Shown here one piece after another: positions 9,643 to 19,091 of a stretch of DNA of 60,711 nucleotides; the first letter of the stretch is position 1, and every line of letters starts with the position of its first letter. The notes under the pieces were generated by a model. The model was given only the letters and a program-made list of their open reading frames with translations, was not told the DNA's origin and did no database searches. Origin of the DNA: Planctomycetota bacterium (GTDB lineage: Bacteria > Planctomycetota > UBA11346); the NCBI GenBank assembly GCA_038213805.1, contig JBBQSO010000027.1:1-60711 (forward strand), read 5' to 3'. Position numbers and translations under genes: made by a program.

Positions 9643-12600
9643 TCAGTCGACGAAGGTGAACTCGTTGGTCATGAGCAGGGCCAGCGCGTAGCGTTCCCAC
9701 GGGCCGGGCGGCACCGGCGCGGTCGCGGGCGGACCTGCGAAGCCCTCGGCCGCCTTCCACTCGCGTGGGCCGTCGCCGGCCGGCTCGATCAGGCGCAGCA
9801 CCGGTTCCCACGCGAAGCTGTCGAAGGCGTCGTTGTCGAGCGAATCGACAGTCAGGTCGAGGTGCTCGCCGGCGCGCAGCGCGATGCGTGCGACCACGGT
9901 GTCGACGGCGCCGTCCTGGATCTTCCACTCGCCCACCGCGCCGGCCTGGCTGGAGATCGCAAGTCCGCGCACGCCGTTGCCCTGGGCGTTGTGCCGGGCG
10001 AGTGAGCCGCTCAGTGCGTAGACGCCGTCGGTGGGCGCCAGAAAGCGCCGCACCACCACGTGGTCGCGGTCGCTGCCCGGGTGGCCTCCCTGGGCGGTGA
10101 GCATCAGGTAATGCAGCGCGGGATCGGGCATCGCCGGGCCGCCCTGCCAGGTGGTGCCGACGTAGTGCGCGAATGCGGTGAAACCGGTCAGGCGCTTGCT
10201 CGCTTCGTCATAATGGCCGTAGCCGTATGCCCAGCGCGGCGCGGGCGGCGTCGGCAAGACGTGCGGTGCAGCCGTGGCTGCGTGCACGTAATCGAGGCCG
10301 ACGGCAGTCTCGGCGGCGCTGGGCGGACGTGCGAACGCGAGGCGGTAGAGACGCTGGATGCGCTCGTTGTCGCTGCCGCCTGCGGCGCGCGCGGCAAGCA
10401 GCTTCGCCTGTTCTTCGGCGAACGGGCTGTTCAGCAGGAACAGCGCCTGTTGGGGCACGCTGGTCTGGAAGCGGTGCGGGCTGTGCGCGTCGGGGCTGGC
10501 GAGGTCGAAGGTGCGGAAGAAGCCGGGCAGGTTCTGGCGATCGATGAAGCCGTAGAGCGTGCGCCGGGTGCTGAACGGCGCGGCGAAGATGTCGATGGCG
10601 CGGCCACCGACCGCGGGATCGAGGTGGCCGGCGACCGCGAGCAGCCCGTCGCGCAGGCCCTCGGCGTCGAGGCGCTGACGCGGGAAATGCGCAAGCAGCA
10701 GGTTGTCCGGGTCCTTGTTGCCCTGATCGGGGCGCGTGTCGGCCGACTGCTGCCAAGCGGCCGAGGCCAGGATCAGGCGGTGCAGTTTTTTCAGCGACCA
10801 GCCGTCAGCGATGAAGCGCGCCGCCAGCCAGTCGAGCAGTTCGGGATGGGTGGGCGGGTCGCAGCGCATGCCGAAATCGCTGGGGGTGCGCACCAGGCCG
10901 CTGCCGAAGTGCCAGGCCCATACGCGGTTGACCAGCACGCGAGCGGTTAGCGGGTTGGCGCGGTCGGCGATGGCTGCGGCGAGGTCGAGGCGGCCGCTGC
11001 CGTGTGCGAAGGCCGCAGGGTGGCCGCCGGACAGCATGCTGATGAAGCGCCGCGGCACCTCGTCGCCCATCACCCCGGGATTGCCGCGCACGTGGACGTG
11101 CGGGGTCACCGGATGCTCGCGGTCGGTCACCACCATCGCCCGCGCCGGCGCGCCGGGATGGGTGCTGGGCAGGGCGTCGACCTGGTTCTTCAGCTCGCTC
11201 ATCTTGTTCTGGTCGGCGACGTCGAAGAGCTGATCGGCGTCCTTGAAAGGGACCGCAGTGGGCGACTCGGGTCCGCGCAGCACTTGGCGCAGGCGCTCGC
11301 GCTCGCCGTCGGCGTTGGCGGTGTCTCCGTCGCATTCCGCCAGGGCCTTGCCGTACAGCTCGGCGACCTCTTCGAGTTTCGCGGGGTGCTTGCCCGCGAA
11401 GGCGGCGGCGATGGGCGCAGCGACCGGCTTGCCGGCCAGGGCCTTGGCGACCTCATCGGCATGCTTGCCGAGGTCGGCGTCGGCAACGCCCGCATAGGCG
11501 CGCCAGGTGCTGAACACCGCATCGGCGTCGCCGGCCTTGACGATGGCCGCGCGCCAGCGGCGCACCAGCACCGCGAGCAGGGCGTGCTTTTCCGAGATCT
11601 CGCGCAGCTCGTGGTCGGGGCGCTCCTTGGCCTCGTGCACGGCGAGCAGGTACTGGGCGATCTTCGGCGCGGTGCGCGCCTCGACGATGCGCTCGCCGTG
11701 ACGTTTGGTGCGCAGGTCGGTGACGGCCTGCTCGCGCTTGGCCAGCTCGGTGGCGAACTCTGCAGCTTCCTTGGGGTCGCCGGCGATGCCCAGCTCGGGC
11801 AGCTCCTTGGGCTCGTCGCAGGAATCGAACACGCCGTAGAGCGCGTAGTAGTCCTTGGTCGAGACCGGATCGAACTTGTGGTCGTGGCAGCGCGCGCAGG
11901 CCACGGTCAGGCCCATGGTGCCGCGGCAGACCACGTCGATGCGATCGTCGATGATGTCCTCGCGGATGTTGATGAAGCGCCGGCCGACGGTCAGGAAGCC
12001 GAGCGCCGCGAGATCGCCCTGGGCGTGGCCCGGGGCCTGGTCGCCGGCGATCTGCATGGTGATGAAACGGTCGTACGGCAGATCGGCGTTCAGCGATTTC
12101 ACCACCCAGTCGCGATAGGTGTAGGCGTACGGGTAGCGCCGCTCCTCCTGGAAGACATAGCCCTTGGTGTCGGCGTAGCGAGCCACGTCAAGCCAGTGGC
12201 GGCCCCAGCGCTCACCGTAGTGGGGCGAGGCGAGCAGGCGGTCGACGGCTTTCGCAAAGGCGTCGGGCGACTGGTCGGCGAGGAAGGCGTCGACCTCCTC
12301 ACTGGTCAGCTGCAGGCCGGTCAGGTCATAGGTGGCGCGGCGCAGCAGCGTGCGGCGGTCGGCGGCCGGCGCGGGTGCCAGGCCATTCGCTTCGAGCTTG
12401 GCGAGGATGAAGCGGTCGACGTCGGTGCGCGCCCAGGCGGCATTGGCGGGGGTCGGCGCGGTCTGCGGCTTCAGCGGCTGGAATGACCAGTGGTCCTTGG
12501 CGGACGGTGGCGCGCCCGCGGCCTGCGTGGTGCGGGGATCGGGCGCGCCCATGCGGATCCACGCCTCAAGCGTGGCGATGGCCTCGTCCTTGAGCTTGCC

Positions 12601-12909
12601 GCCCTTGTCCTTGGGCGGCATCTGCAGGTCGGGATCGCCGTAGCGGATGGCGTTCACCAGGCGGCTCTGCTCCGGATGCCCGGGCACCAGCGCCGGACCG
12701 GAATCGCCGCCTGCGAGCAGCGCAGGCGCGGAATCGACCAGCAGCCCGCCCTTGCGCTTGTTGGCCTTGGCGCTGTGGCAGGAATAGCAGTTGTCGACCA
12801 GCAGGGGGCGGATCTTCGCTTCGAAGAACTCGATGCCGTCCTGCTCTGCGGCGCCAGCAGCGAGCAGCGGAAGGGCGAGCAGGCAGGGCAGGAGGAGGCT
12901 GATCTTCAC
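9643..12909 (-). CDS. Planctomycete cytochrome c / DUF1549 / DUF1553 (PSD1) protein
   Basis: FFEAKIRPLLVDNCYSCH; HWSFQP; GERWGRHWLDVARYAD; CARCHDHKFDP; NPLTARVLVNRVW; PTHPELLDWLA; C-terminal NEFTFVD. GTG start. Confidence 0.93.
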   Translation of the reverse strand: MKISLLLPCLLALPLLAAGAAEQDGIEFFEAKIRPLLVDNCYSCHSAKANKRKGGLLVDSAPALLAGGDSGPALVPGHPEQSRLVNAIRYGDPDLQMPPKDKGGKLKDEAIATLEAWIRMGAPDPRTTQAAGAPPSAKDHWSFQPLKPQTAPTPANAAWARTDVDRFILAKLEANGLAPAPAADRRTLLRRATYDLTGLQLTSEEVDAFLADQSPDAFAKAVDRLLASPHYGERWGRHWLDVARYADTKGYVFQEERRYPYAYTYRDWVVKSLNADLPYDRFITMQIAGDQAPGHAQGDLAALGFLTVGRRFINIREDIIDDRIDVVCRGTMGLTVACARCHDHKFDPVSTKDYYALYGVFDSCDEPKELPELGIAGDPKEAAEFATELAKREQAVTDLRTKRHGERIVEARTAPKIAQYLLAVHEAKERPDHELREISEKHALLAVLVRRWRAAIVKAGDADAVFSTWRAYAGVADADLGKHADEVAKALAGKPVAAPIAAAFAGKHPAKLEEVAELYGKALAECDGDTANADGERERLRQVLRGPESPTAVPFKDADQLFDVADQNKMSELKNQVDALPSTHPGAPARAMVVTDREHPVTPHVHVRGNPGVMGDEVPRRFISMLSGGHPAAFAHGSGRLDLAAAIADRANPLTARVLVNRVWAWHFGSGLVRTPSDFGMRCDPPTHPELLDWLAARFIADGWSLKKLHRLILASAAWQQSADTRPDQGNKDPDNLLLAHFPRQRLDAEGLRDGLLAVAGHLDPAVGGRAIDIFAAPFSTRRTLYGFIDRQNLPGFFRTFDLASPDAHSPHRFQTSVPQQALFLLNSPFAEEQAKLLAARAAGGSDNERIQRLYRLAFARPPSAAETAVGLDYVHAATAAPHVLPTPPAPRWAYGYGHYDEASKRLTGFTAFAHYVGTTWQGGPAMPDPALHYLMLTAQGGHPGSDRDHVVVRRFLAPTDGVYALSGSLARHNAQGNGVRGLAISSQAGAVGEWKIQDGAVDTVVARIALRAGEHLDLTVDSLDNDAFDSFAWEPVLRLIEPAGDGPREWKAAEGFAGPPATAPVPPGPWERYALALLMTNEFTFVD

Positions 12910-13234
12910 CGGGGAGTATCTACCAACAACGGCAAGGGATGTTGAAGCTTTAGGCCTGGGCTTGCGCAGGCGGGCGCACGGGCACCCCTCCCGAACGGCA
13001 GCGGCAGCGGCATGTGACGGCCAAGGCCTTCAACATGCGGTGCTGGTGCCCGCTCCTCCGTACCGGTTCCGAGTCTCACCGTCGCGCCAAAATGCGTGGA
13101 ATGCAGGCGATTCGCTTTCGAGGCCGCTATGGCCACCTCGTGCCACATGCATCGCCTTGGGCGCCGGATGCCGCCCCACCAGTTGCAAAGCGCACGGGTT
13201 GCGCCCGCGGAATCCGCAGGATACTGCTCAGGCA

Positions 13235-14752
13235 ATGCTGATGACCACTTACATCCTGGCCACCCTCGTCCTGATCGTGCTGAACGCGTTCTTCGTGCTC
13301 GCCGAGTTCGCCGCGGTGAGCATCCGCGGGTCGCGCATCGAGGAGCTGGTCGACCAGGGCCGGCGCGGCGCCAAGGTCGTCCAGCACGTCCACCACCACC
13401 TCGACGAGTACCTGTCGATGTGCCAGGTGGGCATCACCTTCGCCAGCATCGCTCTGGGCTCGGTCGGCGAGCGGGTGGCCGCCGACGTGCTCATCCCGCT
13501 GCTCAGCCAGGTGGCCGGCAGCCTCACCCCGGTGGTGGCGCACAGCATCGCCACCGGCGTGGCGGTGGTGCTGGTGTCATTCCTGCACATCCTGCTCGGC
13601 GAGCAGGTGCCCAAGCTCATGGCCATCCGCGCCAGCGACAGCGCGGCGCTGTGGACGGCGCGGCCGCTGGTGTGGTCGCGGCTGGTCTTCTACCCGCCGC
13701 TGTGGGTGCTCAACACCTGTTCGACGGCGATCCTGCGCCTGCTCGGCTTCGGCGCGATGCCGCGGCACGAGCAGCACTCCGAGGACGAGCTGCGCATCAT
13801 CCTGGCGCGCTCGCAGAGCGGCGGGCTGCTGTCCTTCCGGCGCCTGCTGTTCATGGAGAACATCTTCGACCTTGGCGATCTCAAGGTGCGCGACGCGATG
13901 CGCCCGCGCAGCGAAGTGCGCTCGCTCGCCAGCGACCTGCACTGGATCGATACCGAGCAGTCGATCCGCACCTGGCGCTTCAGCCGCTACCCGCTGATCA
14001 CTGACGATCCCGAGCGCCCGGTGGGCATCATCCACGTCAAGGATCTGCTCCTCGACCGCCGTCCCGCGGGCACGGCGCCCGACCTGAAGGCGCTGGCACG
14101 GCCCTACCTGACCGCCCAGGACACCGCGCCGCTGGAGAGCCTGCTGTCCGAGATGCAGCGACGGCGCATCCACGTCGCGCTGGTGTTCAGCCAGGGCGGT
14201 CGCTGGGTCGGCCTGCTGACCATGGAGGACATCATCGAGGAGATCATCGGCACGGTGCGCGACGAGTTCGAGGCCGAGACGCCGATCTCGCTCGCCGAAA
14301 CCCTGACCCTGGGTCGCATCGTGCTGGGCGTCGAGGCAGTATCGATTTCCGAGGCGATCCGCGCCAGCCTGGCACGCGTGCCGCCGGCTGACCTGCCGCT
14401 GCCCGCCGAGCAGGTCGCGCGCGCGGTGCTCGAGCGCGAGCGCCTGGCCAGTACGTATCTCGGCCGGGGTCTGGCCATGCCGCACGCGCGCCTGCCCGGC
14501 CTGGAGCGGCCGCTGGTGGTGGTGGTGCGTTCCGACCTGGGGGTGCGCATCGAGGGCATCGCCGACAAGGCGCGGCTGTTCTTCATCCTGCTCACCCCGG
14601 CCGGCCAGCCGCGCGTTCACCAGCGCCTGCAGGCGCGCATCGCCGAGCTGCTTGAGAACAGCGACTACGTCGAGGAACGCCTGCACAAGGTGGCGACCCC
14701 GGCGGAGATGCTGGAAGTGATCAGGACTGGCGAGCAGGCGGCGATCGACTGA
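13235..14752 (+). CDS. CNNM/CorB (DUF21)-CBS-pair membrane protein fused to a C-terminal PTS EIIA-like domain
   Basis: LNAFFVLAEFA, QVGIT, GEQVPK (DUF21); FSRYP and GLLTMEDIIEEIIG (CBS pair); LERERLASTYLGRGLAMPHAR (EIIA phospho-His motif). Confidence 0.9.
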   Translation: MLMTTYILATLVLIVLNAFFVLAEFAAVSIRGSRIEELVDQGRRGAKVVQHVHHHLDEYLSMCQVGITFASIALGSVGERVAADVLIPLLSQVAGSLTPVVAHSIATGVAVVLVSFLHILLGEQVPKLMAIRASDSAALWTARPLVWSRLVFYPPLWVLNTCSTAILRLLGFGAMPRHEQHSEDELRIILARSQSGGLLSFRRLLFMENIFDLGDLKVRDAMRPRSEVRSLASDLHWIDTEQSIRTWRFSRYPLITDDPERPVGIIHVKDLLLDRRPAGTAPDLKALARPYLTAQDTAPLESLLSEMQRRRIHVALVFSQGGRWVGLLTMEDIIEEIIGTVRDEFEAETPISLAETLTLGRIVLGVEAVSISEAIRASLARVPPADLPLPAEQVARAVLERERLASTYLGRGLAMPHARLPGLERPLVVVVRSDLGVRIEGIADKARLFFILLTPAGQPRVHQRLQARIAELLENSDYVEERLHKVATPAEMLEVIRTGEQAAID

Positions 14753-14760
14753 GGGCGAGA

Positions 14761-14785
14761 AGCCATCAGCCATCAGCCATCAGCC
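14761..14785. repeat. (AGCCATC)x3 heptamer array between convergent genes, overlapping the otsB stop
   Basis: agccatcagccatcagccatcagcc. Confidence 0.8.
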
Positions 14786-15538
14786 CAAGGCGGCCACCAG
14801 GGTCTCCAGCAGCCCGGCGACGCTCGGCTGGTCCGGCAGCCGCCACTCCGCGCCGAGTTCAAGGTCGCCGACCTGGATTCCGGCGATGCGCGGGTCGTGG
14901 AGATTGAACACTTCGGCGTCGGTCCAGTCATCACCCACGAACAACGCGCGCTGGACGGGTTGCATGGCGAGCAGGCGTTGGAGCGCCTGGCCCTTGTCGA
15001 GCAGCTGGGAAGGCAGGCAGTTGAGCACGTATTGACCGCGGATCAGGCGCGGGTGCGGCTCCAGGGTCCTGGCCAGGTCGACGGCGGCCTGCTCGGCCGC
15101 GGCATGATCGTGGGCGAGCCGCCAGTGGAAGGTCAGCGACAGGCCCTTGTCCTCGAGCCAGCAGCCGGGGATGGCGGGAATGTTTGCCAGTTCTTCGCGC
15201 CAGCGCGCGGCCAGGGCGCGCGCGCCCTCCATGACGCCATCCATGCCGGGCAGCCCTTCGCTGCCGTGGTTGCCGAGGATGTTCGGACCGGGTGGCACGC
15301 GGCCGCGCACGTCGACGGCGGCGCGCCCGGAGATCACCACCACCGGACGCGCCGCCGCCAGGCGCGCGAGCAGCGGCGCCGAGTCCGGGTCGAGCGCGGC
15401 CTGACCCGGGGTGCTGGCGAAGGGGGCCAGGGTGCCATCGAAGTCGAAGGCGAGCAGCCAGTGCTCCGCGATCGCCCGAGCGCACAGCCCGGTGAGGTCT
15501 GCTGCGGGTGACGCGGTGGGAGGGGGTCCGTCAGACAT
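14780..15538 (-). CDS. otsB: Trehalose-6-phosphate phosphatase
   Basis: HAD motifs FDFDGTL, ISGR, GNHGSE, EDKG, DKGQAL, GDDWTD. Start at 15538 or 15544. Confidence 0.9.
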   Translation of the reverse strand: MSDGPPPTASPAADLTGLCARAIAEHWLLAFDFDGTLAPFASTPGQAALDPDSAPLLARLAAARPVVVISGRAAVDVRGRVPPGPNILGNHGSEGLPGMDGVMEGARALAARWREELANIPAIPGCWLEDKGLSLTFHWRLAHDHAAAEQAAVDLARTLEPHPRLIRGQYVLNCLPSQLLDKGQALQRLLAMQPVQRALFVGDDWTDAEVFNLHDPRIAGIQVGDLELGAEWRLPDQPSVAGLLETLVAALG

Positions 15539-15653
15539 GTCCATCACCCAGGATCCGGCCAAGGGCGTGGGCCAGCTCGCCACGGTTGGCGACCAGGAAG
15601 CTGGCCGCGCTCACCGGCGTGCCGACCGCGATCGAGCAGTTGGTGTCGGCGTG

Positions 15654-17702
15654 CTAGCGGAACAGGGCATCGTCGCTGAAGCGGTCGCCGACGGTCAGCA
15701 CCTGCGCGCCCGCGGGCAGCCCCAGCCGCTGTGCGACCACGTCGAGTGCGGTGCCGGCGTGGTGGTTGGCGCTGCGCACCACCAGCCCGCCGACCGCGCG
15801 CGTCGCCTGCCATGAACCGCGCGCGAGCATGCCGTCGAGCATGTGTGCGGTTTCGCGTAGCATGGCGTCGACCAGCGCCGACGGGCGCCGACCGACATGC
15901 CAGTGCAGCGAGGCCTCGTTCTCGGCGACGTAGGAGCGCGGCACCACGCGGGCGCGCTGATCGAGGTAGCGCCGCACCTCGGTGCGCCAGGCGGCGAACG
16001 GCTCGCCTGGCGGCATCGCCAGCCAGGTTCCGGCCGGATCGCGCACGAAGGCGCCGCGCTCGGCGGCCATCCACGCCGGCAGGTCGCCCCAGCGCGAGTC
16101 GATCGCCGCGCGCGGCAACGAGCTGATCACCACCGGTTGCGCGCCTGCCTGCTGGGCGGCGGCGACCGCCTGGCGCAGGCCGCGGTCGTCGTCGCCGATG
16201 CCATCAAGGATATCGGCGTCGAAGGCGGCCAGGGCGAGGTGGCCGCGCAGCTGCGCGCGCTGCCGCTCCAGGTCGGCGCCGGCCAGGTCGCGGCTGGCGT
16301 TGGCGCGGTTGCGGCGATCGACCTCGTCCATGGCCTGGAGGAAGCCGTGCGCCCAGTCGCGGTTGTCGGCCTCCAACACGCGCTGGCGCAGCGCACCCAT
16401 GCGCCGGCGGCGCTCGGTCAGGGGCATCTCCAGCGCGCGCGCGATGGCCACGGCGACCGCCTCGGTGTCGTAGGGGTTGACCACCAGAGCTTCGCCCATC
16501 TCTTCAGCAGCGCCGGCGAATTCAGAGAGCACCAGCACCGCGTCCAGGTCCTCGCTCGCCGCGGCGTACTCCTTGCACACCAGGTTCAGGCCGTCGCGCA
16601 GCGGCGTGACCAGACACACGTCGGCGACGCGGTAGAGCGCGGTGAGGTCGTCCAGGCCGCGGCGCTGGAACAGGTAGCTGATCGGCGCGTGCCCGGTACT
16701 GCCGAGCTCGCCATTGATGCGCCCGACTTCGCGCTCGACCGCCTGGCGCAGGCGTTCGTAGCGTTCGACCTCGATCCGCGACGGGACGCACAGCTGCACG
16801 AAGGTCACGCGGTCGCGCCATTCCGGGTGCAGGCGCAGGAAACGCTCGAAGGCGGCCAGTCGCTCCAGAATACCCTTGGTGTAGTCGAGGCGGTCGACGC
16901 CGAGGATCAGCCGGCGCCCGCCGAGCTGGGAGAGGATGCGCTCCTTGGCCAGGGCGTGCTCGGCGGTGTCCATGGCGGCGAGCAATCCCTGGGCGTCGAT
17001 GCCGAGCGGGAAGGCGCCGACGCGCACCAGGCGGTCCTCGACGTGCAGTTCCTCAGCCACCGCCTCGATGCCCAGCAGGCGCGCGGCCGAGCCGGCGAAG
17101 TGGCGCGCGTACTCAAGTGTGTGGAAGCCGACCAGGTCGGCGCCGAGCAGCCCAGTGATCAGTTCGTCGCGCGCGGGATGGATCTTCAGCACCTCGGAGG
17201 CGGGGAAGGGGATGTGGTGGAAGTAGCCGATCACCAGGCTCGCCTCGCGCGCGCGCAGCATCGCGGGCAGGAGCATCAGCTGGTAGTCGTGGATCCACAC
17301 CCGGTCGCCCGGTTTCGCGCGCGCCAGGATGGCGTCGGCGAAGGCCTGATTGACCGCGCGGTAGGCCGTCCACTCGGCGGGCACGAACACCGCGATCCCG
17401 GGGAAGTAGTGGAACAGCGGCCAGATGGCGCCATTGGACGCGCCACTGTAATGGTCCTTGGCGATTCCAGGGGGAATGGCGACGTCGACCACGCGCTCGG
17501 TCTCGAGGCGGTCGGCGAACCCGGGCGATTCGGGAAAGCCGCCCTGCCCCACCCACCAGCTGCTGCCTGCCTGATGGACGGGTAGCAGCGCGGTGACCAA
17601 GCCGCCGTCGGTGCACTCAAGGGTGCTGCCCTGGTCGTCGAGGCGGTAGGGCAGGCGGTTCGAGACCAGCCAGGTCGAGATGGCGGCGGCGGGAGCATTC
17701 AT
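15654..17702 (-). CDS. otsA: Trehalose-6-phosphate synthase (GT20) fused to a degenerate phosphatase-like domain, ending at a premature TAG
   Basis: [59 protein letters not shown]; the C-terminal domain has FDADILDG instead of DxDGTL. Confidence 0.9.
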   Translation of the reverse strand: MNAPAAAISTWLVSNRLPYRLDDQGSTLECTDGGLVTALLPVHQAGSSWWVGQGGFPESPGFADRLETERVVDVAIPPGIAKDHYSGASNGAIWPLFHYFPGIAVFVPAEWTAYRAVNQAFADAILARAKPGDRVWIHDYQLMLLPAMLRAREASLVIGYFHHIPFPASEVLKIHPARDELITGLLGADLVGFHTLEYARHFAGSAARLLGIEAVAEELHVEDRLVRVGAFPLGIDAQGLLAAMDTAEHALAKERILSQLGGRRLILGVDRLDYTKGILERLAAFERFLRLHPEWRDRVTFVQLCVPSRIEVERYERLRQAVEREVGRINGELGSTGHAPISYLFQRRGLDDLTALYRVADVCLVTPLRDGLNLVCKEYAAASEDLDAVLVLSEFAGAAEEMGEALVVNPYDTEAVAVAIARALEMPLTERRRRMGALRQRVLEADNRDWAHGFLQAMDEVDRRNRANASRDLAGADLERQRAQLRGHLALAAFDADILDGIGDDDRGLRQAVAAAQQAGAQPVVISSLPRAAIDSRWGDLPAWMAAERGAFVRDPAGTWLAMPPGEPFAAWRTEVRRYLDQRARVVPRSYVAENEASLHWHVGRRPSALVDAMLRETAHMLDGMLARGSWQATRAVGGLVVRSANHHAGTALDVVAQRLGLPAGAQVLTVGDRFSDDALFR

Positions 17703-17945
17703 GCGCGGGAACTTCCGGTGCGGCAAAGTATGCCATCCGCGGCGGTGCGCCACGCATCGGCTGACCGCCCTGTAGCGCCCTTCCGGAATTGAGTTGAGAG
17801 CATACCAAGCCACGATCAATGGCGATCATGCGCGGCTGTGGACGCCTGGAAGGAAACCGACCTCCTGAGATTGCAATATGCACGGCATGGTGAGCGCATG
17901 CGCCCGGCCCGCTGATCGTGCCGGAGCCTCGCATGCTGCCGATCC

Positions 17946-19091
17946 TCATGCCTCGATGCCGAAGCCCAGGCCCCGCTGCACCGCCCAGAACAGCCCGATG
18001 GCGGCGATCACCGCGCTCGCCGGAACGATGACGTAGCGCGGATACCAGGCGCAGCGCCACCAGGCGACCGTAAGCAGCGTGGCCGCGGCGACGATGCTGA
18101 GCTGGCCGGCCTCGACGCCGAGGTTGAAGCCGAGCAGGGGCATCAGAATGCCCCCGCTGGGCAGGTGCAGCTCGCGCAGCGCACCGGCGAAACCCAGGCC
18201 GTGGACCAGGCCGAAGAGGAAGACCACCGCCCAGCGCCACGGGTGCAGCTTGCGGACGAAGATGTTCTCGACCGCGACCGCGACGATCGACAGCGCGATC
18301 AGCGGCTCGACGATGCGCGACGGCAACTCGAAGATCCCCGCCATGGCCAAGCCCAGGGTCAGCGAGTGGGCGATGGTGAAGGCGGTGATCTGCACCAGCA
18401 GCGGGCGCAGGCCGGGCGCGAGCAGGAACAGGCCGAGCACAAACAGGATGTGGTCGATGCCCGTGGGGACGATGTGCATGAAGCCCATGCGGAAGAAGCC
18501 GGGCAGGTCCGACCACCGTGCGGCGATCGGCGGCGTCTGCCCGGCGACGGCCAGGGACCAGGCAACCGTCCCGTCGCTGGCGGCAGGCTCCGGCGCGATC
18601 CGCTGGCCATGCCAGGTGAGCGTGCCGCCGAGGATCACGGTCGTGCCGCGCGGCAGGCGCCCGGAGGGGTCGAAGCGCAGCACCAGGCGCTGACCATGCG
18701 GCGGCACCGTGCCCGTCAGCGCCAGTGCGACGGGATCTGCCGGCGCTGCGCCGCCGGCGTCCTCCGCCACCTGGAGGCCGCCAAGGGGGAGGCGCTCACC
18801 ATCCGCGACGACTTCGAGCGTCTGGCTGAACATGGTCGCGAACGCCGGCAGATCGCGGTCGAGTTCTGCGCGGTCACGCAGGCGGGCGCGCGGTGAGCCG
18901 ATCAGGGCCAGGAGCGCGACCTGCCGGAGGTGGGTGACGACGGTGATGCGGCCTTGGTCATCCACGGTCACGTCCGCGTCGACGATCACCGGGTCGTGGG
19001 CGGCCGCCCAGGTCGCGCAGCCACAGAGCAGAAGCAGGCTCAGCAGGCCGCGCAGGGCATTGCGCGCGCAGCGCACGTCAGCGGCTCGCAT
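17946..19091 (-). CDS. HupE/UreJ-family membrane protein with an N-terminal extracytoplasmic domain
   Basis: GFMHIVPTGIDHILF, TAFTIAHSLTL, VEPLIALSI, FGLVHGLGFA, FNLGVEAGQ. Start uncertain (19091 or 19100). Confidence 0.9.
   Translation of the reverse strand: MRAADVRCARNALRGLLSLLLLCGCATWAAAHDPVIVDADVTVDDQGRITVVTHLRQVALLALIGSPRARLRDRAELDRDLPAFATMFSQTLEVVADGERLPLGGLQVAEDAGGAAPADPVALALTGTVPPHGQRLVLRFDPSGRLPRGTTVILGGTLTWHGQRIAPEPAASDGTVAWSLAVAGQTPPIAARWSDLPGFFRMGFMHIVPTGIDHILFVLGLFLLAPGLRPLLVQITAFTIAHSLTLGLAMAGIFELPSRIVEPLIALSIVAVAVENIFVRKLHPWRWAVVFLFGLVHGLGFAGALRELHLPSGGILMPLLGFNLGVEAGQLSIVAAATLLTVAWWRCAWYPRYVIVPASAVIAAIGLFWAVQRGLGFGIEA

Noticed and set aside
15654..15656. Pyrrolysine or genetic-code reassignment as the explanation for the otsA TAG
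   Set aside because: No pyl genes are visible, and TAG ends other genes normally here (GntR regulator, mlaD).
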